Shown here: one piece after another, positions 18,653 through 28,309 of the stretch | Numbering within the stretch: position 1 is the first letter of the stretch | How the letters are laid out: the number at the start of each line of letters is the position of its first letter | From: Acidobacteriota bacterium | GTDB lineage: Bacteria > Acidobacteriota > UBA6911 > RPQK01 > JADFOI01 | Length of the DNA stretch: 64,000 nucleotides | Assembly: GCA_963663035.1 (NCBI GenBank) | Contig: OY760074.1 | Coordinates: 3,360,001 to 3,424,000, forward strand | Reading direction: 5' to 3' | Position numbers and translations under genes: made by a program | The notes under the pieces: generated by a model | What the model was told of the DNA's origin: nothing | Database searches by the model: none | The model's input: the letters and a program-made list of their open reading frames with translations, nothing else

Positions 18653-20080
18653 ATGATTGTGTCAGAGACTTCCCAAGACACTCCGGAAGAGTCCCTGACA
18701 GCCTACCTGGCCTCCTTTGTCTCCAGGACTCGAGCCTCGGATATTCCCGAAGAGGTTTGGCATCTGGGCAAGCGTTCTATTCTGGACGGTCTTGGCCTGG
18801 CCCTCTCAGGAGCGGTATCTCCAACAAGCCACCTGATTCGAGAGCATTTGAGGTCGCTTTCCTGCAGCAGTGACAGTGGAGCAAGCGTCCTGGGAAGTGA
18901 TCTGTGCCTCCCGCCTCGCTTCGCAGCCTTCGCCAACGGAGCATCGATCCACGCGGATGACTACGACGATACTCAGCTGGCCGTCGCCAAGGATCGCGTT
19001 TACGGACTGCTGACCCATCCCACAGCGCCTGTCCTGCCCGCAGTTCTGGCCATGGGTGAGCGTGAGCATCACTCCGGCAGCGATCTCCTCACCGCTTATC
19101 AGGTGGGTGTGGAGGTCGAGACAAAGATCGCTGAAGCCATCAATCCCAGGCACTATGAACAGGGCTTTCACAGCACCGCTACCTGCGGAACGCTGGGTGC
19201 TGCTGCGGGTGTTGCCAACTTGCTGGGCTTTGATGTGGAGACAACTCGCCGCGCCCTGGGCATTGCCGCCAGTCAGTCGGCAGGCCTGAAAGAAAACTTT
19301 GGAACCATGGTGAAGCCATTTCACGCAGGACGCGCTTCGGAAAGTGGCGTTGTGGCGGCCCAACTGGCTGCCCTTGATTTCACAGCCAGCCTGAGGATCC
19401 TGGAGGCCCCTGGCGGCTTTTTTCAGGCCGCAGGTGGGGGCTATCAGGTCGGGATGATCGATGGAAAGCTCGGTCATCCCTGGACATTCACCTCTCCCGG
19501 TGTCTCCATTAAGCCTCACCCCAGTGGATCACTGACCCACCCGGCTATGGGTTTGATGCTGGATTTGATCTACCGCCATGACATCCGGCCAGAGCAGGTC
19601 AAGCGGATCTCTGTGGGAACCAATCGAAATATGCCCGCGGCCCTGATTCACCACCGCCCCATGAACCAGTTGCAGGCCAAGTTCAGCATGGAGTTTTGTG
19701 TGGCCATTCTGCTTTTAGAGGGGAAAGCCGGTTTGCCCGAGTTCACTGACGAAGTGGTGACTCGAGCCGACGTTCAAGCCCTGATCCAGAAAGTTGATTT
19801 TGGAGTGCATCCTGAAGCGGAAGCCGCTGGATATGAGAAGATGACGACGCTTGTCCAGATCGAGTTGGAAAACGGCCAAGTGGTCTCGGGCCGGTCCGAT
19901 TTCGCCAGGGGCAGTCCCGTCAATCCCGTGAGTGACAAGGAACTTTCCGAGAAGTTTTGCGAGTGTGCAAGCTGGGGTGGGCTGCCCGAAGTCCGGCTGA
20001 AAAAGGCCCTGGAGGTGATCTGGAGGCTTGATGACTTGGAGGATGTCGGTGAACTCACCGATGCTCTGAGCCTTCAGTAA
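18653..20080 (+). CDS. MmgE/PrpD family protein (2-methylcitrate dehydratase / iminodisuccinate epimerase-like)
   Basis: AAFANG..HADDYDD, HPTAPVLPA, HYEQGFHST, NFGTMVKPFHAG, IKPHPS, QAKFS, RGSP. Confidence 0.9.
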   Translation: MIVSETSQDTPEESLTAYLASFVSRTRASDIPEEVWHLGKRSILDGLGLALSGAVSPTSHLIREHLRSLSCSSDSGASVLGSDLCLPPRFAAFANGASIHADDYDDTQLAVAKDRVYGLLTHPTAPVLPAVLAMGEREHHSGSDLLTAYQVGVEVETKIAEAINPRHYEQGFHSTATCGTLGAAAGVANLLGFDVETTRRALGIAASQSAGLKENFGTMVKPFHAGRASESGVVAAQLAALDFTASLRILEAPGGFFQAAGGGYQVGMIDGKLGHPWTFTSPGVSIKPHPSGSLTHPAMGLMLDLIYRHDIRPEQVKRISVGTNRNMPAALIHHRPMNQLQAKFSMEFCVAILLLEGKAGLPEFTDEVVTRADVQALIQKVDFGVHPEAEAAGYEKMTTLVQIELENGQVVSGRSDFARGSPVNPVSDKELSEKFCECASWGGLPEVRLKKALEVIWRLDDLEDVGELTDALSLQ

Positions 20081-20086
20081 CTCTTT

Positions 20087-20348
20087 CAGCCAGGGTTGTG
20101 CATAGGTTCTCGTCACGAAGCGGCGAAAACGCCGGAAAACAGAGCCGTGGGCTTTAGCCCACGGGCCCGCAGGCTAAAGCCTGCGGCTCCGACTGGCGCG
20201 CGAGGGGTACCCGCCACGGGTCGGGCACCGCAAACGTACTCTTGAGTACGTTGAGGAGGCGAGGGGTACCCGCGTGCGGGTCGCGGAACGATGGCAGGGC
20301 GGATGGGTTTCGTCGCTGCAGTAGAGAATTTATGCATAATCCTGGCTA
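20087..20348. mobile_element. MITE-like element with ~19-bp imperfect terminal inverted repeats enclosing a REP pair
   Basis: Left end CAGCCAGGGTTGTGCATAG vs reverse complement of right end TAGCCAGGATTATGCATAA (15/19). Inside: inverted REP pair 20142-20189, direct repeat GCGAGGGGTACCCGC x2, hairpin AACGTACTCTTGAGTACGTT. Confidence 0.6.
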
Positions 20349-20350
20349 AG

Positions 20351-21295
20351 ATGTCCGATCCAATTCTGGGAGCCCTGTTTGCCGCGCTAGCTACGATATC
20401 CTGGGCAGCCGGTGCCGTGCTGGCCCGCGTCGGCATGCAGCATGTTCGCTCGAGTACGGGCACTTTTATCTCTCTAACGGCAGGCTTTGTCACTATTTCG
20501 GCTGTTGCAGTGGGAATCGACTGGCGGGCCCTGTTGGCTGTCTCCCAGTCGACCATTCTCTGGTTCGTCCTTCTGGGCGTGATCCAATTTCCGGGGGGAC
20601 GCTTCCTGAACTACTCTGGAATTCGCTTGGCGGGTGTTACGCGTGCAACGGCGATCTCTGGTACCAGTCCCCTTTTTGCAGCCTTACTGGCTATCGCTTT
20701 CCTCCAGGAACAGGTCACGCCCTGGATCCTCCTGGCAACCCTGGCGGTTGCCGCGGGGTTGGCCCTGGTGATGAGTGACCAACGGGCCTTTGGAGATTCT
20801 GTAGGCAACACCCATCCGGCCCAGACACAGAACAGTCGGCGCAAGCGACCTCGAGGGCCAGTCCTTTTGGGACTCCTGTGTGCCACAGGCGGCGCAGCTG
20901 CCTATGGAACGGGTCATACCATTGCCCGGCACGTCGTCACCAGCGCCGCCTCGGCTCCGGTAACCGCGACTTACACCCTCTTTTTCGGAATGCTGATGCT
21001 CTTTGCCATCTCAGCCCGCCACCTGAGGAGGGACTTGAAGGCACCCCGGTCGGCTCTGATCATGATGGCGCTGGCCGGGGCCTGCTCCTCCCTGGGCATC
21101 TTCTTCATGTACACAGCTCTCTCCAGGGCCCCGGTGACATTGGCTTCTCCCATTGTGACAGCCTACCCCCTCGTTGCCATGACCTTAACCCACATTTTTC
21201 TCCAGCGTTTGGAGCGGGTCACGGCTCCCATGGTCTTGGGAGCCATCCTGGTCGCTTTCGGCATTACCTTTGTCATCCTGGGGCGAGCGGGATAA
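20351..21295 (+). CDS. EamA/DMT family transporter
   Basis: Two repeated hydrophobic EamA-like halves (GRFLNYSGIRLAG, SPLFA, APVTLASPI..YPL). Start placed at ATG 20351 because the upstream in-frame stretch lies inside the MITE. Confidence 0.85.
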   Translation: MSDPILGALFAALATISWAAGAVLARVGMQHVRSSTGTFISLTAGFVTISAVAVGIDWRALLAVSQSTILWFVLLGVIQFPGGRFLNYSGIRLAGVTRATAISGTSPLFAALLAIAFLQEQVTPWILLATLAVAAGLALVMSDQRAFGDSVGNTHPAQTQNSRRKRPRGPVLLGLLCATGGAAAYGTGHTIARHVVTSAASAPVTATYTLFFGMLMLFAISARHLRRDLKAPRSALIMMALAGACSSLGIFFMYTALSRAPVTLASPIVTAYPLVAMTLTHIFLQRLERVTAPMVLGAILVAFGITFVILGRAG

Positions 21296-21307
21296 GATAC
21301 CCCCACT

Positions 21308-22966
21308 ATGAAACCAGACAAACCGTACTATCAGGATTTAAGAGAGTTTATTCGAGTGCTTGAGGAAAATGGCAAACTCTTGCGTATCAAGCGGGAGATT
21401 AACAAGGATAGCGAGCTTCATCCCCTGGTTCGCTGGCAGTTCAGAGGATTAGAGGAGGAGGATCGAAAGGCCTTTCTGTTTGAGAAGGTGACCGATTCGA
21501 AAAAGAGAGCCTACCGGGGTTCTGTTCTGGTGGGCGGGCTGGCGGGCTCGGCTGCCATCTACTGCCTGGGGGTTGGATGCCAGGAGGGGGAGATTGCCGA
21601 CCGATGGCTCCATGCCATGGACCATCCAATTGAGCCTGAGCTGGTCAGCCAGGGTGCCGTCATGGAAGAGATTCACACCGGTAAAGACCTCCTTTCCCAC
21701 GGTGGTTTTGCAGAGTTTCCCATCCCCATCTCGACTCCCGGTTACGATAATGGCCCTTACATTACCGGAGGTCACTGGATCACCAAGGATCCCGAAACCG
21801 GGGCGAGAAACGTGGGCAATTATCGCGCCTTGATCAGAGGGCCGGGACTCAGTGGCCTGATGATCGGGACGCCCCAGGATCTCTCCAGCCACTGGGAAAA
21901 GTGCAGGAAACAGGGGAGGCCGCTGGAAGTGGCCGTGGCCGTGGGAGCAGTGCCTGCTGTCTCCTATGCAGCCACCCAAAAGGTCCCTCCCTCCATGGAC
22001 GAAATGAGTCTGGCAGGAGGCTTGATAGGAGAGCCCATCCCACTGGTCAAGTGCCAGACAGTGGATCTGGAGGTTCCGGCCAGTTCTGAGATTGTTTTTG
22101 AAGGAATCATTCCCACTTCCTACCTGGAAGAAGAGGGTCCTTTCGGCGAGTCAATGGGGGTGGTGGATCCACGGACGCTGAGCCCGGTCTTTGAGCTCAC
22201 CGGCATCACACACAGAAAAGATCCCGTTTGGGTATCGATCATCAGCCAGGTGACACCCAGCGAAAGTTCCAAGATCAAGGCCATGGGGATGTCCACTCTC
22301 ATCTACCGCTACCTTCAAAAGAAGGGCTTTTCCAGTGTGCTGGAGGTGTCCCTGATGGAGCCTCTGGTGAACCTGCGCCCCTATGTCGTCCTGCGTATGA
22401 AAAAGAAGGACTACCAGGAGCCGTGGAAGGTCATGGATGCCCTGTTGGACTACGGAGATCGTGTGGGCAAACTGGTAGTGACGGTGGATGAGGACATTAA
22501 TCCAGCCGATCCTGTGGCCGTGCTTTGGGCCATCACCCACCGCTCCCAGCCTCACAAAGACACCAAGATCGTGGGCAATCGGCCTTTCGGCGCTACCCCT
22601 ATCGGTATGGTCCTAAGCCATCCATCCAGCCATTACGACAACGAGGAGTCCTCTCTGCTCATCGACGCAACACGCAAGGCCGACTTTCCTCCGCTCTCCC
22701 TTCCCAAAAAGGAATTTATGGAACGGGCACGGGTGATTTGGGAGGAATTAGGTCTGCCTGAGCTGAAGCCGAAGGAGCCCTGGCACGGTTATTCCCTGGG
22801 TTTTTGGCCTGAAGACTTGGCGGAAGAAGCGCGACTTGCGGTGGCAGGCGAGTACACGCAGCTGGAGGAAAAGTTAAAAGGCACCCGCGTCCAGGTCGGT
22901 GAGGATGAGACGCTGGGTTCGGTGAGAGCCAAGTGGGGAGCCACCCATGCCGGGAGAGCTGAATAA
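21308..22966 (+). CDS. UbiD family (prFMN-dependent) decarboxylase
   Basis: DLREFI, KDPETG.RNVGNYR, VPASSEIVFEG, EGPFGE, VDEDI. No ubiX is present in the window. Confidence 0.9.
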   Translation: MKPDKPYYQDLREFIRVLEENGKLLRIKREINKDSELHPLVRWQFRGLEEEDRKAFLFEKVTDSKKRAYRGSVLVGGLAGSAAIYCLGVGCQEGEIADRWLHAMDHPIEPELVSQGAVMEEIHTGKDLLSHGGFAEFPIPISTPGYDNGPYITGGHWITKDPETGARNVGNYRALIRGPGLSGLMIGTPQDLSSHWEKCRKQGRPLEVAVAVGAVPAVSYAATQKVPPSMDEMSLAGGLIGEPIPLVKCQTVDLEVPASSEIVFEGIIPTSYLEEEGPFGESMGVVDPRTLSPVFELTGITHRKDPVWVSIISQVTPSESSKIKAMGMSTLIYRYLQKKGFSSVLEVSLMEPLVNLRPYVVLRMKKKDYQEPWKVMDALLDYGDRVGKLVVTVDEDINPADPVAVLWAITHRSQPHKDTKIVGNRPFGATPIGMVLSHPSSHYDNEESSLLIDATRKADFPPLSLPKKEFMERARVIWEELGLPELKPKEPWHGYSLGFWPEDLAEEARLAVAGEYTQLEEKLKGTRVQVGEDETLGSVRAKWGATHAGRAE

Positions 22967-22982
22967 GAAGGGTGCAGCGGCC

Positions 22983-23276
22983 CTATCTTTCAGACCGCAA
23001 GACCACCAGCACATCGAACTGTTCAACATCAGGCTGGCCTGCGACCTGGAAGACATCTGGGATACTGCGAGCCAGTTCTGATTGCCGGAATTCCTGAAGC
23101 GCTTCTTCTGATTTCCAGATGTAGATGCCTCCGAATCCACCATTCTTCTTGTCGCGGACGTAGTACTTCTGGAGCAGACCCGGCAGCTCACGATACTGCG
23201 GTGCGCGGGCCTCCATCAATTTGAGTACATCGTCTTCGGACAGGCCACTGCGAAATCTGACAAATTGCATGATCAT
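22983..23276 (-). CDS. YdhR-like / dimeric alpha-beta barrel putative monooxygenase
   Basis: PGLLQKYY...GGIYIWKS pattern, 97 aa, last gene of the minus-strand operon. Confidence 0.75.
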   Translation of the reverse strand: MIMQFVRFRSGLSEDDVLKLMEARAPQYRELPGLLQKYYVRDKKNGGFGGIYIWKSEEALQEFRQSELARSIPDVFQVAGQPDVEQFDVLVVLRSER

Positions 23277-23279
23277 TTT

Positions 23280-24491
23280 CTAATCCTCATCCAGTTTGAA
23301 TAACCGGCGGGCGTTCTCGCCCAGGATGTTTCGCCTGGCCTGCTCGCTGAGAAAGGGCAGGTCGAAGATCACGCTGGGCAAATCGAAGTCCCAGTGAGGC
23401 CAGTCTGACGAATAGAGAAGCTGAGTCTCGGCGTTGATCATCTCAAAGGTCAATTCCAGTGCCTTGGGATGATCGGTCTCCATAGGTTGGGAGGTATAGA
23501 ACATCTCGCGCATGTACTCGCTGGGCGGCTTTTTGAGTAAGGGCGCTTCAGACGTCCGCATCATGTACTCATGGTCCAGCCGCTGCATCAGGAAAGGCAG
23601 CCAGGCAAGGCCGCTCTCCATCCAGATGGTCTTGAGCCCGGGGAAACGCTCGGGCAGTCCGTTTAACACCCAGTTGGTCATGTGCACCAGATTGCAGATG
23701 ACAAAGGAGAGGGCGTGCATTCCAATGAACCGGTTAAGTTGCAGCATGGAGGGATCCTGCCAGTAATACCCGGCATGGAAGCACAGCGGCATCTCCCGCT
23801 CCTCTAATGCGGCGTAAACCTTCATGTAGTGGTTGTGATGTACGGGCTTGTAGCGGGTACTGGTGATCATGAATCCGATCGAACCTTTGACCTCGGAAAA
23901 TTCCTCAACCGTGCGCAAAGATGCCTCCGGATCATTAAAGGGCAGGAACATAAAGCTTTTGATCCGTTTGTCACCGGGCAGGATTCTCTCAGCCAGCCAG
24001 CGGTTGTAGGCCCGGCCCAGAAGAACTTCCATCTCAGGTTGTGGGTGCACGCCCAGAAACAACATCCCGGTTGGGAAGACCACCATGTAGTCGAGGCCGA
24101 GGCTTTCTATGGCGCGCCGGGTCAGGATCACATCAGGATGGACGTCTTTTTCCTCCACCTTTTCCAGCCGGTTGTCGGTGTGGGGGATGCGACCGCCCAC
24201 GCCTTGATAGCGAAGGCCAAAGTCACCGCTCAGGCCATAGGGTGGTGCGCCGGTCCTGAACTGTTGGTACTCCAGCGCCTGGGAGCGGATGACCGGATCC
24301 TCGATATACTGGATGATCTCATGCCACGAGGTGGTCTCCATGTGATGGGCATCGATGTCAACGATGAAGTAGTCTTCGAAGTTGCGTTCATCCGCTTGCT
24401 GCCTTGCGTGTGCCAGGATGTCACGCGTGTCCGTATGAACATCTATTTGCCGGATCGGAATCTCCCGGCTCTTCTCACTCGATGTGCCCAA
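23280..24491 (-). CDS. Amidohydrolase-2 family protein (LigW/ACMSD-like)
   Basis: VDIDAHH, RAYNRWL, LCFH, GLPERFPGLK..MESG, YSSDWPHWD. TTG start at 24491 chosen from the purine-rich RBS. Confidence 0.88.
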   Translation of the reverse strand: MGTSSEKSREIPIRQIDVHTDTRDILAHARQQADERNFEDYFIVDIDAHHMETTSWHEIIQYIEDPVIRSQALEYQQFRTGAPPYGLSGDFGLRYQGVGGRIPHTDNRLEKVEEKDVHPDVILTRRAIESLGLDYMVVFPTGMLFLGVHPQPEMEVLLGRAYNRWLAERILPGDKRIKSFMFLPFNDPEASLRTVEEFSEVKGSIGFMITSTRYKPVHHNHYMKVYAALEEREMPLCFHAGYYWQDPSMLQLNRFIGMHALSFVICNLVHMTNWVLNGLPERFPGLKTIWMESGLAWLPFLMQRLDHEYMMRTSEAPLLKKPPSEYMREMFYTSQPMETDHPKALELTFEMINAETQLLYSSDWPHWDFDLPSVIFDLPFLSEQARRNILGENARRLFKLDED

Positions 24492-24532
24492 TCTTTCCTC
24501 TCTCCTGAACTCGCTCAAACCAGTCGAGAGCC

Positions 24533-24862
24533 TCACTCCGGTCGGGTTCGCTGGAACCACATGGCAAGGTCGAAGGTATTGAGGTTGACGGCCTTAAGGA
24601 TCTCTGACACGCTGACGACCACCTCTGTTGGAGTCACGACCTCGCCCAGGATGGGCGAGAAAAATCGGTCGTCCCTCTCCACCTTGGCCGCAAACAACTT
24701 CATCGCCGCGGTCATCAACTGCTGCACCGTTTCGTCGGAAAAGCGTTCCGGCTTGCTCTCCGCCAGGGCCTGCTGCGCCTCAGCCCAGATGGAGCCTGCG
24801 GCCTCCGCCGGATTGAAATCGAGGTTAGGTGACTGATCTGCTTTAGCCTTAAAGGACGACAT
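24533..24862 (-). CDS. Small hypothetical protein between the Rieske and amidohydrolase-2 genes
   Basis: Overlaps the Rieske stop codon; helical 109 aa ending LNTFDLAMWF; function unknown. Confidence 0.6.
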   Translation of the reverse strand: MSSFKAKADQSPNLDFNPAEAAGSIWAEAQQALAESKPERFSDETVQQLMTAAMKLFAAKVERDDRFFSPILGEVVTPTEVVVSVSEILKAVNLNTFDLAMWFQRTRPE

Positions 24863-25211
24863 AGACACCCCCATCGCGCACCTTGACGTCATATTTTTTC
24901 AAGCCCACTCCCTTGTTGCCTGGATGCAAACCGCTCTTGAGATCGTACTCATAGCCGTGCCACGGACAGATGATGTGGATATGCTCCTGCGAGAACTTTA
25001 GCCCCTGGCTCGTCTTGTCCTGTGCTATAACCTCTTCGACCTTCTTCAGGATCTTGCCCTGGCAGACCGGACCGCCCTGATGGACGCACTGGTTCCGATA
25101 AGCGTAGAAATCACCATTGAGGCGGAACACGCCGATCTCCAGATCTTGGTAGGCAATGATCTTGCGGTCCCTCTGCTTGAAGGCTGTTTCCTTCGCCACA
25201 AACAAGTCCAT
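24849..25211 (-). CDS. Rieske [2Fe-2S] ferredoxin-like protein
   Basis: CVHQGG and CPWHG motifs; GAGGA RBS. Confidence 0.92.
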   Translation of the reverse strand: MDLFVAKETAFKQRDRKIIAYQDLEIGVFRLNGDFYAYRNQCVHQGGPVCQGKILKKVEEVIAQDKTSQGLKFSQEHIHIICPWHGYEYDLKSGLHPGNKGVGLKKYDVKVRDGGVYVVL

Positions 25212-25303
25212 CTGTGCTTTTCCTCAAATGGAAGGTCTCAGACAACATGAGCCGAATGGCCTGAATAGTAGTGTCGCCTTGAGTCCCCTGTCAAATTGTC
25301 GCT

Positions 25304-26494
25304 GTGGGATGGAATTATCTGATATATAATACGCTCCCGAAAGTGGAAGAAGCCGCCAAGTTCCTTACAACCATACCGGCCACGATTATGAGAGGTGGGA
25401 CGAGCAAAGGTGTCTTCATCAAGCGCTCCGATTTCCTGGAATGGGACGATGCGGTCAGAAGAGACCAGATCATCCTGGCCATCATGGGGACTCCGGATCC
25501 CATGCAAATCGATGGCCTGGGAGGCACTCACTCCAGTACCAGCAAGCTGGTTGTGGTTGGCCCTGCTTCACAGAAAGATCTGGATCTGGAGTACACCTTC
25601 GTTCAGGTGGGGATCGATGCCCCGATTCTGGACTACAAGGGGAATTGCGGAAACCTCACTTCTGCCGTGGCTCCATTCGGACTTTTCGAAGAGCTGATGG
25701 CAGGTGTCGAACCTGTCACCAAGGTTGTGCTTTGGAATACCAATACCCAAAAGCGCATCATTGCCGAAGTCCCCTATCGACAATCGGTGGTGGAGCAGGG
25801 GGACTTCCAGATTGACGGGGTGCCACGTCCGGGAGCACCCGTCGTCATCCACTTCCTGGAACCGGCGGGTACCTCAACGGGCAAGTTATTCCCGACCGGG
25901 AGGTCAAGAGACGTTGTTCACACCTCCCGGGGGGAATTCGAGGTTTCGATTCTGGACGTGACCAATCCGGTGGTTTTTCTTCGAGCCAGTGCTCTGGGTC
26001 TGGAGGGGATTGAGCTTCCCTCCAGCCTGAACGGTGATTCTTCCCTCCTGGAGGGCCTTGAGGAGATCCGCCGCAAGGCGGCTGTCCTGGCCGGCGTACA
26101 TGGAGATGAGGAAGAAGCTGGACGGAGCAACGTGCCGTCCATCGCATTCGTCGGGCCTCCCCAGGATTATCAAACGGCGGCAGGGCGTACCGTCGATGCC
26201 AGTGATGTGGATCTGGTCGCGCGGATCGTCTCCATGCGTCGTGTCCACCACGCTTACCAGGGGACGGGGGCCATGTGCACGGCGGCGGCCGCTCGCCTGG
26301 CAGGAACCATCCCCTGCCAGGCGGCCGGCGGGCAACGCCAGAAGAAGGAAGTTGTCATAGGACACCCGAAAGGCATGATTCGTACAAAAGTAGAGGTTGA
26401 AAGGACTGAATCGGGAGATGAGAATGTGACCAGGATTTCGGTTACAAGAACGGCACGACGTCTCATGAGCGGGAAGGTTTATGCCTACTGCTAA
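25304..26494 (+). CDS. PrpF family isomerase (methylaconitate / methylitaconate isomerase or oxalomesaconate tautomerase-like); start uncertain
   Basis: MRGGTSKG, QIDGLGG..SSTSK, GNCGNL, HHAY..TGAMC, GHPKG, RTARRLM. Confidence 0.9.
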   Translation: MGWNYLIYNTLPKVEEAAKFLTTIPATIMRGGTSKGVFIKRSDFLEWDDAVRRDQIILAIMGTPDPMQIDGLGGTHSSTSKLVVVGPASQKDLDLEYTFVQVGIDAPILDYKGNCGNLTSAVAPFGLFEELMAGVEPVTKVVLWNTNTQKRIIAEVPYRQSVVEQGDFQIDGVPRPGAPVVIHFLEPAGTSTGKLFPTGRSRDVVHTSRGEFEVSILDVTNPVVFLRASALGLEGIELPSSLNGDSSLLEGLEEIRRKAAVLAGVHGDEEEAGRSNVPSIAFVGPPQDYQTAAGRTVDASDVDLVARIVSMRRVHHAYQGTGAMCTAAAARLAGTIPCQAAGGQRQKKEVVIGHPKGMIRTKVEVERTESGDENVTRISVTRTARRLMSGKVYAYC

Positions 26495-26525
26495 CACTAA
26501 CTGATGCAAGACATGTGAGGTGGGA

Positions 26526-26954
26526 ATGAAAGAAGAAGACATACGCCAATACGTAGTGACTGAGGATGAGGCTCAACGTTACAGTCCACCGGCCCATACG
26601 GATACGACCAATTTGCTGTACCTTCCCAGGGGAGCATGCGGGTCAAAGCAGTTCGAGGTCGTGCTGGGCATACCGCGCAAGGGCGGCGGAGGTGAGCCTC
26701 ACTTCCACGACCAGGCCGAGCAGATCGTTTTTGTGCTGGCGGGGCACGGCGAGACGGAAATTGAAGGGGCCCGTTATCCAATCGGCCCTCGCACACTCAT
26801 TTTCCACCCTCCCGGACAGGTCCATCGAGAACTTGCCGTCAGCGAAGATTTCGAGGTGCTGGTTGTTTATTCCCCGGCCATTGGTGTTCAGGACGGTCGA
26901 TCCTTCCGCATCCGACAGGACGGAGAATCCGGCCAAAATCGGAAGAACGGGTAG
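26526..26954 (+). CDS. Cupin domain protein
   Basis: PHFHDQAEQ and PPGQVH cupin metal motifs. Confidence 0.85.
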   Translation: MKEEDIRQYVVTEDEAQRYSPPAHTDTTNLLYLPRGACGSKQFEVVLGIPRKGGGGEPHFHDQAEQIVFVLAGHGETEIEGARYPIGPRTLIFHPPGQVHRELAVSEDFEVLVVYSPAIGVQDGRSFRIRQDGESGQNRKNG

Positions 26955-26958
26955 GGTC

Positions 26959-27420
26959 ATGCGGCTGGAAAAAGAGGCCACAATCCGTGCGGCACCCTCG
27001 GATGTGTGGGCCAGACTCTGGGATGTCAAGAGACTGATTCACTATATTCCCTCGGTGGAGGAGGTGAAGTCGGTGGAAGAGGGGAAGCGCTACTCGGTTC
27101 GTGTCAGCGACCGAGTGGGGCCGATCCAGATCCACTTCGATCTGGATGTGGTGGTGGATGGACTCGATCAGGATAGGTTCCTGCGAGTCAAGGTTTCCGG
27201 GAGAGCGAAAGGATTGGCAAGCAGCTTGCGGCAGGTGCTCGAGATCCGGCTGGAAGAGGCACCCCCTGACGGCACCCGTCTGGCGCTCAGCACCGAGATC
27301 TCCATCCTGGGAAAGCTGGGTTCGCTGGGTGACGGACTGATACGCAACAAGGCAACGGAGGTGTTTGCCAACTTTGTGGGAAACCTCAAAAAAGATCTCG
27401 AGTCGGATGAAATAGAGTGA
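26959..27420 (+). CDS. CoxG/SRPBCC family protein
   Basis: VWARLWD...IP, RVGPI, GKLGSLG..LI..KA pattern. The true start is ATG 26959, inside the listed 26566 ORF. Confidence 0.85.
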   Translation: MRLEKEATIRAAPSDVWARLWDVKRLIHYIPSVEEVKSVEEGKRYSVRVSDRVGPIQIHFDLDVVVDGLDQDRFLRVKVSGRAKGLASSLRQVLEIRLEEAPPDGTRLALSTEISILGKLGSLGDGLIRNKATEVFANFVGNLKKDLESDEIE

Positions 27421-28277
27421 GCGAATTTACTTGGCAGGAACCTGAGAGTCTGGAGGAGGTTCTGGCAATCCTGGCCCGAGGGCAGGCTGACACACGTCTG
27501 GTGGCCGGCGGGACAGCTCTGGGGCTCATGATTCAACAGGACCTGCTATCCCCTGGCCCCCTTGTCAGTTTGAGGAAGCTCCGGCATGAGTTTGGGGGAG
27601 TGGTCCGGCAGGAGGATGGCACCATTCACATCGGGGCCCTGGCAACCTTGCGTGAGCTCGAGCGCTCTGAGCCTTTGAACAGGTGGGCGCCCGTTCTCAT
27701 CACCGCACTTGGTCACATAGCCAATCCTCGCATTCGCAATATGGCCACCATTGGAGGTCATCTTGCTTATGCCGAACCTCATCTGGACTTACCCCCGGTG
27801 CTTCTGGCCATGGGAGCCAGCGTAAGAGTCAGGTCGCTGGAGGGAGAACGATGGATAGCCCTCTCCGAACTCCTTCAAGGTTATTATTCTACGACTCTGG
27901 AACCCGGCGAACTGCTGCTGGAGGTAGCATTCCCCCAGCAGACCAGTGTCTCACAGGGATCCTATGTCCGATACACGGCTTCCTCCAGCGATGACTGGCC
28001 CATGCTCGGATTGGCCTCGTTTGTGGAGAGCGATGGTGGCGCTGTAAAGGATATCCGGCTGGTGGTCAGTGGCATTTGCCCGGCTCCGACCCGACTGTCC
28101 GCTGTGGAGGAACTGCTTTGTTCGGAGAAACTGTCGCTTTCCTTGATCGATGAGGCGGCGCGAATGGCAGCGGGGCAATTCGAGGTTTTTGATGATATTC
28201 GGGGCAGTGCGTGGTACAAAAAGGAAATACTCCAGGTTCTGATCCGACGCGTCCTGAAGCGTCTGACAAGTCTGTGA
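27417..28277 (+). CDS. Xanthine dehydrogenase family FAD-binding (medium) subunit
   Basis: LVAGGT, IRNMATIGG, DDIRGSAWYK. Confidence 0.92.
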   Translation: MSEFTWQEPESLEEVLAILARGQADTRLVAGGTALGLMIQQDLLSPGPLVSLRKLRHEFGGVVRQEDGTIHIGALATLRELERSEPLNRWAPVLITALGHIANPRIRNMATIGGHLAYAEPHLDLPPVLLAMGASVRVRSLEGERWIALSELLQGYYSTTLEPGELLLEVAFPQQTSVSQGSYVRYTASSSDDWPMLGLASFVESDGGAVKDIRLVVSGICPAPTRLSAVEELLCSEKLSLSLIDEAARMAAGQFEVFDDIRGSAWYKKEILQVLIRRVLKRLTSL

Positions 28278-28309
28278 AGAGGACCGACGCCCCACCAGAA
28301 TAAAGGAAC

